A stretch of DNA of 64,000 nt from Tubulanus polymorphus (lineage: Eukaryota; Animalia; Nemertea): the NCBI RefSeq assembly GCF_964204645.1, contig NC_134026.1, positions 12,299,950 through 12,363,949 on the forward strand, read 5' to 3'. A program made the position numbers and the translations under genes. Below are positions 12,360-25,478 of this stretch, piece after piece (the stretch's first letter is position 1; each line of letters begins with the position of its first letter). The notes beneath the pieces are model-generated. The model was not told where the DNA came from, searched no databases, and was given only the letters and a program-made list of their open reading frames with translations.

Positions 12360-15300
12360 GTATCTGTATCTGTCTGTATAGTTGCTTGTAGTCCTTAACA
12401 GGCTCAGTTGCAACGAAGCGGAGTGCGCAGAGAGTTTTACTGCTGCGACATGCGCTTGTTGATCATTAGCCGAAATTGATCAACAGTGCTTGACTGGATG
12501 AGTTCCTCGTCCAGATAATTCCAGTCCAGGGCTGTTTGCACGAAAAACGACTGTCTATATTGCTCAGTCTTAGCAGTTGGGATGACGAAGGGTTTGCTAT
12601 TGTTTCTTACTGAGCGATCTACAATGTTTGCAGCTGAATAGTCAACAAACTTTTTAGCTCTAACAGAACGTCGCCCTGGCCTAACTGGTGTCAGGAAGCT
12701 GGTAACGGGAATTGCCAGGACCAACCCTTCCACTACCCGGAACATAAAAGTGAGTCGGAGCTGTTTCCGTCGGTCCTCCGGGCTTGGTAGTTGTAGGTCA
12801 TGGATCATCTTGGTCACGGACTCCGGAGTTCTGGTGTGGTAGTCCTTTTTAATAAAACGGGCTGCACTACGCTGGACTCTCTCAACGCTGTCAGTGTCTC
12901 GCTTGGTGTGCGGATCCCAAACAACTGATCCATACTCTAGTATGGGACGGACAAGTGCGATATAGGGCTGTCTTCCTGCACTGCTCCGGGCAGTTTGTGA
13001 GATTTCTGCGGAGGAAACCAAGACTACAGTTGGCTTTCTTAGTAACGGTGTTCACATGGGTCAGCCACTTTAGGTCCTCGGATAGTTCAACGCCTAGATA
13101 TGGGTTGCTCTTCACCTGTTTGAGCACTGTGTTGTCCAGTGTGTAGAAGTAGGATGACTTATTCCGGATTGACAGGATATGGTATTTCTTGGCGTTAAAC
13201 TTCATCCCCCAGTCAACAGCCCATTGTTCCAGGTTCTGGAGGTCGTCTTGGAGTGTGTGTGATGGTCTGCCATCTTGTGAATTGTCCTATATAGGAGGCA
13301 GTCGTCCGCAAACAGGCGGACCTGGGATTTCACACGTTCCGGCAGGTCGTTTATATGGCAGAGGAAGAGAAGAGGTCCTAAAACTGTGCCTTGCGGCACA
13401 CCGGAATCCACCGATACCTCATCTGAGTTCTCGCCATCAAGTACTACCCTCATGGTGCGTTCGGTTAGAAAGCTGGTTAGCCACGCATGTACAGGTCCTG
13501 TTATCCCATAGCTGGTCAGCTTGGAGAGGAGTTTTCTGTGTGGGACGGTGTCGAACGCCTTGCTGAAGTCCAATATGGCGACATCTACTTGTTTGCCTTT
13601 GTCGTAGGACATTGCGAGGTCGTTCACTGTTGTCACTAGTTGCGTCTCGCAAGAGAAACCTGCACGAAAACCGTGGTTGAGTGAGGTGAGTATATTGTAT
13701 TTCTGAAGGTGGTCCATGATGTGACTGAATACAATATGTTCTAGCATCTTGCATGAGACTGAGGTGAGGGACATTGGTCGGTAGTTAGCTGGGTCATGCT
13801 TGTCCCCTTTCTTGAAGATGCAGGATACATTGGCTCTCCGCCAGTCACTCGGGAGTAGTCCTGTGTCGATCGACCTCTGGAAAATACACGTCATTGCTGG
13901 TGCCAATATTTCCGCACAGTTCTTGAGTATGATATTTGGTATGGCATCCGGTCCTACGGCTTTGTTGATATTGATGGCCCGCATCAGTTTTTCCACGCCT
14001 GGAATTGTTATTCCTAGGTGGCCGATTTCAGGATACTGCTTTCTGGTCCGGGGCGGAGGCGCACAACTATCACGAGTGAAAACAGACTGGAACTGTTTGA
14101 CCAGTAGCTGGGCTTTTCCTTTGGTGTCACTCACGAGTTTGCTGCCATTACGGATCGGAGACACACCAACATTATCTTGCTTCTTTCTTTTTATGTAGTT
14201 CCAGAAAGGTTTATTGTTCTTCTGGGCCAGGCCTTCCTCGATAGTTGAATTAATGTAGTTCAATTCTGCTCTACGAATTTCATTACGGCAGATTTTCTGG
14301 TAATGGTTGAAGTTTTTCCAGTTCTTAGTCTTCTTAGCTTTTGAATAAAGTCGCCGTTTTCTGTTCAACAACTTTTTAATGTTCGGTGTTATCCATGGCG
14401 GACTATTATTCGGGCGGCTCATCTTCGAAGAGATGAATTTGTCAACTGTGTTTGAAATCGATGATTTGAACTTTGACCACATGGTTTCAGGGTCGGCGTC
14501 ATCCTCGTATGACTGTACGACCTCCTCAGACATCCTTGACAGATCAGTGGAAATACTAGTTCAGTCTGCCTTTTTCCACAGACGATATTTCCTAGGTGCC
14601 GTGAGGGTGCGGCTTGGTTTCAGATCCATATCTGTGACAACAATGCTATGGTCAGAAATTCCAGGAATCGATGATGAGTTTTTTACAAGCGTCGGATTCG
14701 AAGTGAAGACTAAGTCCAGGGTAGCATCTTCTCTCGTAGGTTCTGCATGGACTTGGGTTAGTTGAGCTAGTGATGTGGTGTCGACGAGTTGTTGTTGGAC
14801 GTCTTTCTGCGGTGCTGAATTGACCACGGTACCAGTTTCCCAGTCTATATCGGGACAGTTAAAGTATCCAGCTAGTATCATATCCTTGGAATTTGGAGAA
14901 TTGTTGAGTTTATCAAGTGAATTAGATAGCTCGGTGACATCGCGTTCGCATCTCTTGGGCATGTAGAACGATCCTATGTGGAGGTCTTTCCGCTTCTCCA
15001 GTTTCACCTTCACCCACAACAATTCACCTTTCCCTTTTAGACTCGGTTCTTCCTCCGATATGAGGTTTTGGTGTACTAGGGTGAACAATCCACCCCCTAG
15101 TGAGCTACGGTCAGCACGGTATGCAGTATAGTTAGCTACTTCGCTCGATTTGATGTTACTATTAAGCCAGGATTCACATCCACATATCACATCTGGTTTA
15201 ATATAGTTAATAACAGCTGCCAATTCTGCTGACTTGTTAACTATGCTATGGCAATTCACGGTCATCAGTCTTAGGTTCCGTTTTCCTTTCGCTGGTAGCT

Positions 15301-15577
15301 GGTAAACCGATGAAGTTGATGAACGCAGGCGTCTTCGGTCAGTGGTGTTATGCAAGCTGTGGCTGGTGGTTGATGATCTCGGGCTACTCGTAAACAGTGG
15401 TGTCAGAGCAGGAGTTAAGTTGAACGAGTCAATTGAACTGTCTGTAAGAGGAGTATAGAAGTTAACACTCTGATCAATCTCATAGCTGTGAAATGTGAAG
15501 CTTGCGCAATTTATACTGTCGCATTTATAACACATCCACTGGACATTAGGCCTGTTGAGGAGTTCATAATCAGCAGT
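12360..15577 (-). mobile_element. APE-type non-LTR retrotransposon (CR1-group/RTE-X-like), 3' portion
   Basis: APE motifs (VNCHSI, CESWL, GYFNCPDIDW, TLDLVFT, SDH) and RT motifs (LDFSKAFD, GVPQGTVLGPLLF, FADD). The 3' tail is a short (ACAGAT)n repeat near 12360. Confidence 0.92.
12437..15577 (-). pseudogene. LINE polyprotein (PHD C-terminal half, APE endonuclease, RT), with a stop at 14561 and frameshifts near 13250 and 12960
   Basis: ORFs 14561-15535, 13202-14533, 12891-13205 and 12437-13021 join into one polyprotein. Confidence 0.9.
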
Positions 15578-15973
15578 AGTAATAGGGATAATGGGCTTTC
15601 AGATCAAAGGTCGAACGGTCGAGCTCATTAAAAAACAAAACATTAAAAGTAATTTAAAACTATAATATATTTTCATAACCGTGTGCATTTTATATTATAA
15701 CTAAATATTTATTCTTAGATATCAATAATTTAAAAAGCATATTGTATTAAATCAATTGGTCGCTCCACTTCGCTACCGCTCCGCTCCGCGACCAATTGAT
15801 TTATTTACAATACACAAATTCATATAATCAAATATAATCAAATAATAATAATATTCAACTGAAATACACACGGTTATGAAAATATATTATAGTTTTAAAT
15901 TACTTTTAATGTTTTGTTTTTAATGAACTCGACCATTCAACCTTTGATATGAAAGCCCATTATCCCTATTACT
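15578..15973. repeat. P1 left TIR: about 396-bp imperfect fold-back palindrome
   Basis: Begins AGTAATAGGGATAATGGGCTTTCA and ends TGAAAGCCCATTATCCCTATTACT. The central stem AAATCAATTGGTCGC...GCGACCAATTGATTT surrounds a GC-rich loop. Confidence 0.95.
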
Positions 15974-16179
15974 CTTAAAATATTCATATAAATGAATAAC
16001 ATTTAAATTGACAGATTATTCAATATAAAAGTATATATTTACAACATTATTTCAATATTCATATTTGTGTGAGTTAGATGTTTAAACATTAAAAGTGTTA
16101 GTAAAGTGTGATTGAAATAATGCATAATATAAATCATTGAACTTCTAAAATCAATTTTAATAAAAAATTTAGTATTAAA

Positions 16180-19100
16180 ATGGAAGCAAATAAGTACTAC
16201 TGCCCAACATGTAATATCAATATAGATAAATCCCAAAAATCAAGACACAATAAAACTAAAACACATTTAGAGAATAAATTGAAACTAGAATATAAAGATG
16301 ATATATTAGAAACTAAATTAGATGAATTAAAGAATGAAAAAGAAACATACAAATGTGATACATGTAATCAATCATTCAGTGATAAAAGATATTATAATGA
16401 ACATTTAAAATCTAAAAGTCATATTAGAAATAAGAATAATGATATTTTAGGTGAAGATTATTTTGATAAAGATAATGATAAGAAACAGAAGACAATTAAA
16501 AGCATAAAAAATAAATTAAACAATAAAAGACCATACATGGAAGATGTAAGAAAATATATTAATTCATTAGATAATAAAAAAGATATAGAGATAACCGAAG
16601 CATTTAAAAGTGATATTGGCCCAGCAGCTATTGAGTTTAAATTTCATAAAGGAAAAACATTAGAAGAAAATAAAAAACATTTAGAAAACATGAAAGAAAT
16701 AATAAAAATAATAACTGATGTTGACTATCCTAAAATTAGTATATCAGTTAAAGTTAAATTCATAAAATCTGAAGATAAACCAATATATAATATAAATTCT
16801 CATTCACAACATATTATATCCAAACAACATATAGATCATAAATTAGATAAATGTTATAATGAAGTAAAAACTAAAATAGAAGAGAAATATTTTGAAGGAT
16901 CTGGTTTAATATTTGATGAGATAATATTTATGACTTTACATGTTTATAACACAAAATATAATAAGTTAACTAAATCAAAACCAATTGATGAAAATAATGT
17001 ATCATATTATAAAGAACCAGATATTGAAGCATCGAGTTATATTAAACTACCATTTAAAACCAATGCTGTTATAAATATACAAAATGAAGATGATAAATGT
17101 TTTCTATGGGCTATAATAAGTTGTTTACATCCTGCAACTTATAATATTTGTAGATTAACTCATTATAAACCATTTGAAAATAATTATAAGATAGATAAGT
17201 ATCCTTTTAGAATTAAAAACATCCCAAAAATAGAAAGAGATAATAATATAAAGATAAATGTATTTGATTTAATCAAATTACCAAATACAAAAGGTAACAA
17301 TATAAAACATTATACATTAGAACCTTTATATCTATCAAAAGATTATGATTCAAACGACGTTATAGATATACTATATTATGAGAATCATTATATGTGGATT
17401 AAACAAATCGATTTATTTTTTAAATCAGAAAGTGATCACCATAAAATATATCTTTGTAGAAAATGTTTACATAAATTCAGTAATGAAAGTACATTATTAA
17501 ATCATAAACAATTATGTGAAAATCATGATTATTGTAAATTAGTTTTACCAAATGAAAAGGATAAAATATTAGAATTCAAAAAATATGATTACAAAAATAA
17601 AGCACCATTTGTAATATATGGAGATTTTGAATCATTAAATAAAGAATTAACTGAAAGAGACTATAAGAGAAAGAAATTAAATTCTAATGAAAATGATTTT
17701 TCAGATGAACCACCAAAAACAAATACTATTAAAAAGATTCATCAATCAGCTGCAGCTTTCGGGTTATATATTAAATCTGATTATCCAGAACTAATTGAAA
17801 GTGAATATTATGATTATAGAAATGAAAATGTTATCAATCATTTTTGTGACATATTAATTGAATATGAAATAAGATTTAGTAAATTATTGAATACAAATAT
17901 AGAAATTATAATGACAGAAGAAGATAAAGAGGCATTTGAGTTTGCAGATAGATGTTATTATTGTGAAAAGATATTTAATTATAAAGATAAAAAAGTAAGA
18001 GACCATGATCATTTGAATGGAAAGTTTAGAGGCGCTGCACATGAGAATTGTAACTTACAAGCTAAGAAAATTAACTTTGTACCAGTTATATTTCATAATC
18101 TATCAGGATATGATGCACATTTATTTATCAAACAGTTATGTCATAAAATAGAAGAAATTAATAATGAAATAGAAATATTAAATTCAAATAGATCAAAAGA
18201 TAAAATACCAACTTATAAATTTAGAATGTTAGCTAAAACATCTGAGAATTATATATCATTCCAATTTGGGTGTTTAAGATTTATAGATTCATATAGATTT
18301 TTAAATAGTTCATTAGATAACTTATCAAAATCATTAGTTGATGATGAACTAAAAATATTAAAGCAACACTACCCAAATAATGATGATTTCCAATTAATGA
18401 GATATAAAGGAGCAATTCCATATTCTTTCTATAAAAATCATAATGATTTCAATATAACTGAATTATTGAAAGAACAATTCTATGATGAATTAAAAAATGA
18501 ATATGTTAAAGATGAAGTCTATAATAGAACATTGAATATTTGGAATCATTTCAAAATAGAAAATCATGGGCAATTAGTAGATTTATATTTAAAATCAGAT
18601 GTATTATTATTAACCGATATATTCGAAAGGTTTAAAGGATGTAAACCTAAAATATTTCAATATTGATCCTTGTCATTGTTATTCATCACCAGGTTTAACA
18701 TGGGATTGTGGATTAAAATTTACAAATATAAAAATGGATTTTTTAACAAATATAGATCAATTATTATTATTTGAAAAATCTATAAGAGGAGGAGTTTCAG
18801 GTGTATTAGGGGATAGATATTTCAATGTGAATGATAACCCTGGATATAAGTTATTATATATAGATGCAAATAATCTATATGGTTGGGCAATGATGGAACC
18901 ACAACCTTATGGAGTATTTGAATTACCTGAAGTTTTACAGAATGAAAATAAGGATAAATTTGATTGGAAGAAAAGAATTCTAGATATTGCAGATGATTCA
19001 GATACTGGTTACTTCTTTGTTGTAGATTTAGAATATCCTGAACATATTAAATTTAAATCTAGAAATCTAGCTTACTGTCCCGAACATAAAACTGTAACTC

Positions 19101-20197
19101 ATGAAGAATTATCAAATTACCAAAAACGAATTAAACCCAAAAATCATATTCATACAGAAAAGTTAATGGTAACTCAAGAAGATAAATATAATTATGTAGT
19201 ACATTATAGAATGTTAAAGTTATATCTAAAACAAGGAATGACTCTAAAAAAAGTACATAGATATATTTCATTTAGTCAATCTAAGTGGTTAGAAAAATAT
19301 ATAGATTTTAACACCAAACAGAGAACTAAAGCTAAAACTTATTTCGAGAAAGATTTCTTCAAGTTAATGAATAATGCATTCTATGGTAAGACTTGTGAAA
19401 ATATTAGAAATAGAAATGATATTGAGTTAGTTAGTAATGGTAAAAGGATAAGGCATTTACAAACATATCCTAAGTTCATTGGTAACAGAATATTTGATGA
19501 AAATTTAGCTGCAGTTAAGATGAGAATAACATCAATGAAATTTAATAAACCAATCTATGTTGGCGCTTCAGTTTTAGAATTATCAAAATTACTAATGTAT
19601 GAATTCTATTATAATGTATTACAACCACTTTTTGGAGAAAAACATATAGAAATATTATATTTTGATACTGACTGTTACACATGAAAGATAAAAACTGATA
19701 ACATAACTGATGATTTAAAAACATTAAAACATCATTTTGATTTTAGTAACTATCCTAAAGATCATGAATTGTTTAGCAATGATAATAAAAAAGTTCCCGG
19801 TAAATTCAAAGATGAATTAGGTGGTGAAGAAATGATTGAATTCATAGGTATTCGATCTAAAATCTATTCATATAAAACTAAAGAACATGAAGCTAAAAAG
19901 TTAAAAGGAATAACCAAAAGTGTAGTAGAAAAGAATATTCATTTCAAAGATTACATCACTTGTATATTCAATGAAGAAGTTAGAAAACATAAAATGAGAT
20001 GTTTAAGATCTGAAGATCATGAAATGTTTATTGAAGAAATGGAAAAGATAAGTCTAAACCCATTTGATGATAAAAGATATATTCTGGATGATGGAATTCA
20101 TACAGTTGCATATGGTTGCAATTTAGATGAATACTTAAAATTTAAAAGAGAAGAAACAAAAGAGAACGAGATAATGAAAAGAATTCTAACGTGTTAA
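16180..20197 (+). pseudogene. polB: Protein-primed family B DNA polymerase, frameshifted near 18635 with a stop at 19682
   Basis: Exo motifs YGDFES, FHNLSGYDAH and YLKSDVLLL. Pol motifs YIDANNLYG, KLMNNAFYGK and YFDTD. EndoVII-like insert CYYC...VRDHDHLNGKFRGAAHENCNL. N-terminal C2H2-type fingers. Confidence 0.96.
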
Positions 20198-20226
20198 TCA
20201 AATTTTAATAAAAATATGTTATTAAA

Positions 20227-20580
20227 ATGGAGAGTAAACAAGCAAACAGTGAGAACAACAAATTATTTCTAGATAGAATTAAAGATATAACAAATGTAAA
20301 ATCTGTAGATTATAAATTCAAAAAGTTAACAGAATTAACAATCCATAAGAAATATCTAATTACAAATATTGATACAGTTACTAATAACTATGGAGATAAA
20401 TTAGTTATACACTTAGAATATGAAGGATTAAAAGGAAATACATATAAATTCAGAACATATTTACCAGATAGATTTCATAGATTATCAAGTGAAGATTTAG
20501 AAGAATTATGTTCTGGAGATTTCTATTTCGTATACAAAGGTAAGAATGAAAAAGTGCACCATGAAATAGATTTCGAATGA
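20227..20580 (+). CDS. Conserved 117-aa protein, possibly OB-fold/ssDNA-binding
   Basis: Conserved in P0, P1, P2 and a divergent copy at 61768. The fold is a guess from the beta-strand pattern and position next to polB. Confidence 0.6.
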   Translation: MESKQANSENNKLFLDRIKDITNVKSVDYKFKKLTELTIHKKYLITNIDTVTNNYGDKLVIHLEYEGLKGNTYKFRTYLPDRFHRLSSEDLEELCSGDFYFVYKGKNEKVHHEIDFE

Positions 20581-20597
20581 GAAAATATGTAAAATAA

Positions 20598-21341
20598 ATG
20601 GTAGAATTAAAAGAATACAGAATATTTGTAGATTCTAGAAGACTTACAAATTATAAATCTCATAATTTACTAGTACAATTAGATAGAGAATATAAAAATT
20701 GTGTTGATTTAAAATTAGTAAATATAAGTTTATGTAATTCTTTTTATAATATATCGAATAAAACTGTTGAACATAGAGCCTTTTTAATTTTTAATAAAAA
20801 TAAAAATGAATGGGCCTGTATATATTTAAAACCGGGGTTATATAATTTAGATACATTGGCACAAGAAATTAATAGAAAAGCCTGGCACAAGTCAGGTAAT
20901 AATTCCGGGTTTAATATTAGATTTTTAAAAAGTGAGAGTTCTAACAAAATAAAGATAAGGTTGGCTGATATTGAAAAACATAAATTTATGGTAAAAAGAC
21001 CTATAGCTAAACTGTTAGGAATTCCTCCAGATAAATCTTTTACAAATATTGAAGCTACACCAAACTTAATACCTTTTACACACTTTTATATTTATTGCAA
21101 TTTAATCGATCCTACAAAAACATTCGAAGCAACTAAAGATATAACTTGTAATTCTGGTTTACTAAACATTTTACCATTGAAGAATGTTAAAGAATTTGGA
21201 ACGCAAATAAATTATAATTCAACAGAATGTGATTTCAAACCATGCATTCCTCGTTTTAATAATTTTAGATTAGAAATTAGAAATCATAATGGATACTTAA
21301 TTGATTTAAATAATTTCCCTGTAATCCGTTATAAGATGTAG
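20598..21341 (+). CDS. Minor capsid (penton-like) protein, with a small C-terminal deletion
   Basis: N-terminal IFVDS...NSFYNI and C-terminal FYIYCNLI...LEIRN.NG.LIDLNNFPV pattern typical of Polinton mCP. Confidence 0.7.
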   Translation: MVELKEYRIFVDSRRLTNYKSHNLLVQLDREYKNCVDLKLVNISLCNSFYNISNKTVEHRAFLIFNKNKNEWACIYLKPGLYNLDTLAQEINRKAWHKSGNNSGFNIRFLKSESSNKIKIRLADIEKHKFMVKRPIAKLLGIPPDKSFTNIEATPNLIPFTHFYIYCNLIDPTKTFEATKDITCNSGLLNILPLKNVKEFGTQINYNSTECDFKPCIPRFNNFRLEIRNHNGYLIDLNNFPVIRYKM

Positions 21342-21365
21342 AGAGTAATTTTTTTCACTATATAA

Positions 21366-21703
21366 ATGAATACAACTGTTGGACCGAGTATATGTTTTGG
21401 GTTTGATTTTAAACATGGTAAAGAAATGAGAATTAAACTAAATGATGTAATTACTGATATAAAAAGTAAATCATTTAACAATGCATCAATGATTGATAAA
21501 GAAAATTATTATATAGAAAAAGTAATTGATTTAATTAAAACGCCTTTAGAATATTATGAATTAAATGAAGATGGAATTATTGAAGATATCAAAAACATAT
21601 TATCCAAAATATAAGATTATCATCAATGTAGTAATGAAATAAATGTTGAATTAATCATAAATAAGTTAACTTAATATTTTGATGCTAGTAATTTTTTTGA
21701 TAA
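21366..21703 (+). pseudogene. Hypothetical Polinton protein (112 aa in P2) with premature stops
   Basis: Homologue of 50891-51229 and 9774-10079. Confidence 0.75.
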
Positions 21704-21707
21704 ATAA

Positions 21708-21937
21708 ATGAGTGATAATAAGTGGATAATAACTGGATTATATAATGGCGCATAACTATCAGTTGGAACTGTTGGTTATTCAATGGTATTAAAAAAAGTA
21801 TTTAAAATGGGAAGTGTTAATGTTGATAGATTTGATATAAATGATATCTTAAAATTAACATTAGCAGTTACTTTATCTAATTTAACTATTGATTATTTGG
21901 AAAAACAAAAATATATTCCTCCCATATAAATGCGTAA
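21708..21937 (+). pseudogene. Small hydrophobic Polinton protein, frameshifted
   Basis: Homologue of the intact ORF 10126-10356 (MSDNKWII...). Confidence 0.75.
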
Positions 21938-21953
21938 TTATTTTACTTAATAA

Positions 21954-22376
21954 ATGGCTTCTGCAATTATAACTATTATAGGATCGGCAATTGTTAACGC
22001 TTTAGCATTTACTGGTGGTGGTTATTTATTTAAACATATTGATAAAAATAGTTCATTAGGAGAACAAAGAAGACATAACTTAGCGTTAGAGAAATATAAT
22101 AAAGCTGCAGAAGAATATAGAGAAAAAAGACAAAACTATATGGATTATATTAACAAGGAATTATATTATCAGAAGATTTCACATAGAGATTTTCAATCAG
22201 TCGATGATGCAATGAGTTTATATAACGCGGTAACCAATAAAGAAAAATTACATCTATACAAACCTAAATTATCAGATTATTATACCCCAAGTAAAGAACA
22301 ACAGAAATATGAAATAATTTGGATTTTAGGCGGAACTGTTATTTTTATATTTGTTGCTTATAAGTTTACTAATTAG
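21954..22376 (+). CDS. 140-aa protein with N- and C-terminal hydrophobic segments and a central coiled coil
   Basis: IIGSAIVNALAFTGGGYLF...EQRRHNLALEKYNKA...IIWILGGTVIFIFVAY. Conserved in three copies. Confidence 0.8.
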   Translation: MASAIITIIGSAIVNALAFTGGGYLFKHIDKNSSLGEQRRHNLALEKYNKAAEEYREKRQNYMDYINKELYYQKISHRDFQSVDDAMSLYNAVTNKEKLHLYKPKLSDYYTPSKEQQKYEIIWILGGTVIFIFVAYKFTN

Positions 22377-22396
22377 TAATTTTTTTTGCTAAATAA

Positions 22397-22831
22397 ATGG
22401 ATGATAAAGTTGATAATATTGATATTATTCCTCATGATATAAATAAAACTAAATTAAAAACATATTTAGAAAAACAAGTATTAGAATTTGAAAGTGACTT
22501 AAAGATAAAAAAGAAAAAATATTTAAAATCTAAAATTATATATTATTTGATTATAAGTGGTTCGGTTACAATTAGTTCTGTAATAACATTTCTAGCAATA
22601 TTCAGTCCATTAACACCTTTAGCTATATCAATTGGTGTATTAGGATTAAGTTCAAGTGTTTTAACTGGTATAAGTTCAAAATTGAATATAAAAAGTAATA
22701 AAGAAAAAATGAAAACTAATATAAAAGAAATTAATAAATTAAAGAATACACTAGATTATATCATAAGTTTAAATGGTCATATAACAGTTGAAGAACAAGA
22801 TAAATTATTAAAAGAATTAGTTAATTATTAA
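22397..22831 (+). CDS. 144-aa two-TM membrane protein with coiled coils
   Basis: Hydrophobic hairpin IIYYLIISGSVTISSVITFLAIFSPLTPLAISIGVLGLSSSVL. Conserved in three copies. Confidence 0.8.
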   Translation: MDDKVDNIDIIPHDINKTKLKTYLEKQVLEFESDLKIKKKKYLKSKIIYYLIISGSVTISSVITFLAIFSPLTPLAISIGVLGLSSSVLTGISSKLNIKSNKEKMKTNIKEINKLKNTLDYIISLNGHITVEEQDKLLKELVNY

Positions 22832-22847
22832 TTTTTTAATTAAATAA

Positions 22848-24134
22848 ATGGTAGATAGTTTTCCAAAAGCTTTCCAATATAATAAATCAATTAAATATAA
22901 TATTCCAGCAATAGCTTTTAATAAAGATATTACATATAGAAATGAAGTTTTAAAATCATTAATTGATTTATATATTTATGTTACTGAAAGTAATAATTTT
23001 CATGTAAAGATGGAAAATATATTTCATGTGTATACAATTAATTTCAAAAATTTAAATGAGGCAAAACAATGGTTATTAAAATCTAATATGAAGTATTGGC
23101 AGAACCAATTAAATTTTGCTGTTTATTGCGCAACAACAGGATGTGGAATTAGTTGGAATGATCATTTAAACAAACCAAGTTTACCATTGATGTTATCACT
23201 TTTTAGATTTCATACTTATTTTCAAATAAAATTAATATTAGATGAATTAGAATGTCCTTTACCAGGTTCAAAATATTTTAAAGAATTGAATAATAATATT
23301 AATTTTTCTAAGTTTTATAAAATATGTAATGAATTTAATATTAATTCAAATAAAGATTTTAGAGCAAAAATTGGAACAATGGGCGGATTAGGAATATTAT
23401 ATACTAAAGAATTTGGAAAAATAATGACAAATTCAGATATAAGAACACTAAATTGGAATGAATTACCAAAATATTATAATAATATACAACAACAAAACAA
23501 TAATGGTTGGGTTAATTTCATTTTAGAAAATAGTGAAGGTTTTACTAAAGCTGGTATACAAAGAATAAATCAATCTATTAGAACTTATTTGATATGTATT
23601 TTTGGTGCTCAAGTTGAAACAAGATCACCAATAGTTGGAAATGATAACACTTCATTCGATGCACAGAAACAATTCAAAGTATTATTTGAAGATTCAATTC
23701 ATAATGATAAAAATAGATCGATTCCGGAAAACATTGTAAGATATCAAAATTATTTAGATAAATCACATATTAGATTAAATTATTGTATAGGCCCTAATCT
23801 ATTTATTATTTCTAATGATTTAGTATTAAAGATGGGAAATATAATTGGTTATAATAATCTAATTAAAACTGCAACAATAAATAATTCATTTGGGTTAAAT
23901 GATATAAATAATAAAATAAAAAACATATTCAATCAACTGAAACTAAAACTAATAACATTAAGTTAAATAATGATTCTAAAATAAAAGATTACAATACATC
24001 AGAAAATATTAGAACCGATAATATTCAACATGATATAATTAAAACTAATGATGATAATAAATCCCATGAAAATGCTAAATTAGCTTTAACTTGTATAGGA
24101 ATTGTTATATGAGGAATATTATATTTCAAATTTT
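22848..24134 (+). pseudogene. Conserved Polinton protein of unknown function; the C-terminal TM tail is out of frame
   Basis: YWQNQLNFAVYCATTGCG and GFTKAGIQRINQSIRTY. The tail is homologous to 48421-48645. Confidence 0.8.
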
Positions 24135-24152
24135 AATTTTTTTATTATATAA

Positions 24153-24292
24153 ATGGCAGAAGGTGAAGAAGATATTCCAATAGATACTTTTGGTGACGCT
24201 CCCGGTATAAGTGATGAACAACAACCTGATTTTAGTGAAACAAGTTTTAATGATGGTAATGAGCCAGGATATAATAATAATTTAAATATGCC

Positions 24293-24363
<71 letters not shown>

Positions 24364-25478
24364 CCGAATTACGTGAAAAATTAAATAAATATTTAAAAGC
24401 TCCTGAAATTGGTAGAATTTCAACTAGGAGAGAAAGAAAAGAATTTATGGAACTATTAGAAAAACAACAAGAAAAATATCCTGATGAACCTATGGAATTA
24501 TTTAAAATGAAATCTAGAGTAACAGATACAATTGTTAATGAATACCAATAGTTGTAATACATGAAATTGATACAGAAGGTGTTGTAGAACAAATTTTTAA
24601 AGATGACCCATATTTCGCGAATAATTTAGAATTTAAAAATGATGCATGGTATTATAATCTTGATTTAAATAGGAATATTGTAACAATTCAATTATCTAGA
24701 AAGGGTCAAGAAAATATTTATGAACCTGAAATGTTAACAAGATCTACAATTGAACGTTCAAAAGGTGGCGCAGAATTTATCAGAATTATATGGAATGCAC
24801 TCGATAGAATAAATAAAAAGAACCAATTCCTAATATTGATATAAACAAATATTCACCATTTAAAAATCCATTTAAAAATCCAAATCCTACTGATGTTGGT
24901 CCAGAAACTGATGAAGATTTTGCAAATCGATTAGATAGATTAAGACCTTACACACCCGAAACATCGAGAAGAGATATTCAACAAATTGATAATTATTCAA
25001 GTCAATTACAATTAGAAAAACAAATTGATAGATTAAGAGATTCAGAAAAAGAGATGAATAGTGCTGGAATAAATCGACTGCAATATTTACTAGAAAAAGG
25101 ATTTCTTAATTTAACTGATGAAGAATTAGAAACATTTCCTGAACAAATACGTAGAGAAATTAAAGGTATACAAGTATCAGCTGATGAAATTGCTAATATT
25201 AAGATGAGATTTTCTAAAATAACCATGTTAGAAAAAGAATTAGCTAATGCAGATGAAGAATTAAAACAATTAGAATTAAATAGAGATCATCAAGTAGTTT
25301 ATGAAGCCGATTATGAAAGCAGAAAATTAGCTTTAGTAAAAGAAATAGATGATTTAGAATATAACATAAAATTACAAAAAGAAGAAAGAGATACATTATT
25401 AAACTCATATGATCTTAATCATATTAAAAAATTAAAAGTTATTTTTAAAGATTTGTTGATAAAACCAAATTCTGAAAT
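24153..25478 (+). pseudogene. Acidic/coiled-coil protein (MAEG...) with its multi-TM C-terminus deleted
   Basis: Homologue of 46981-48398. Fused to MCP sequence at about 25478. Confidence 0.8.
24294..24362 (+). repeat. (GAT)23 microsatellite encoding poly-Asp
   Basis: Perfect 69-bp trinucleotide run. Confidence 0.98.

Noticed and set aside
24119-24592. Minus-strand 157-aa ORF with poly-Ser
   Set aside because: Antisense shadow of the (GAT)23-containing gene.
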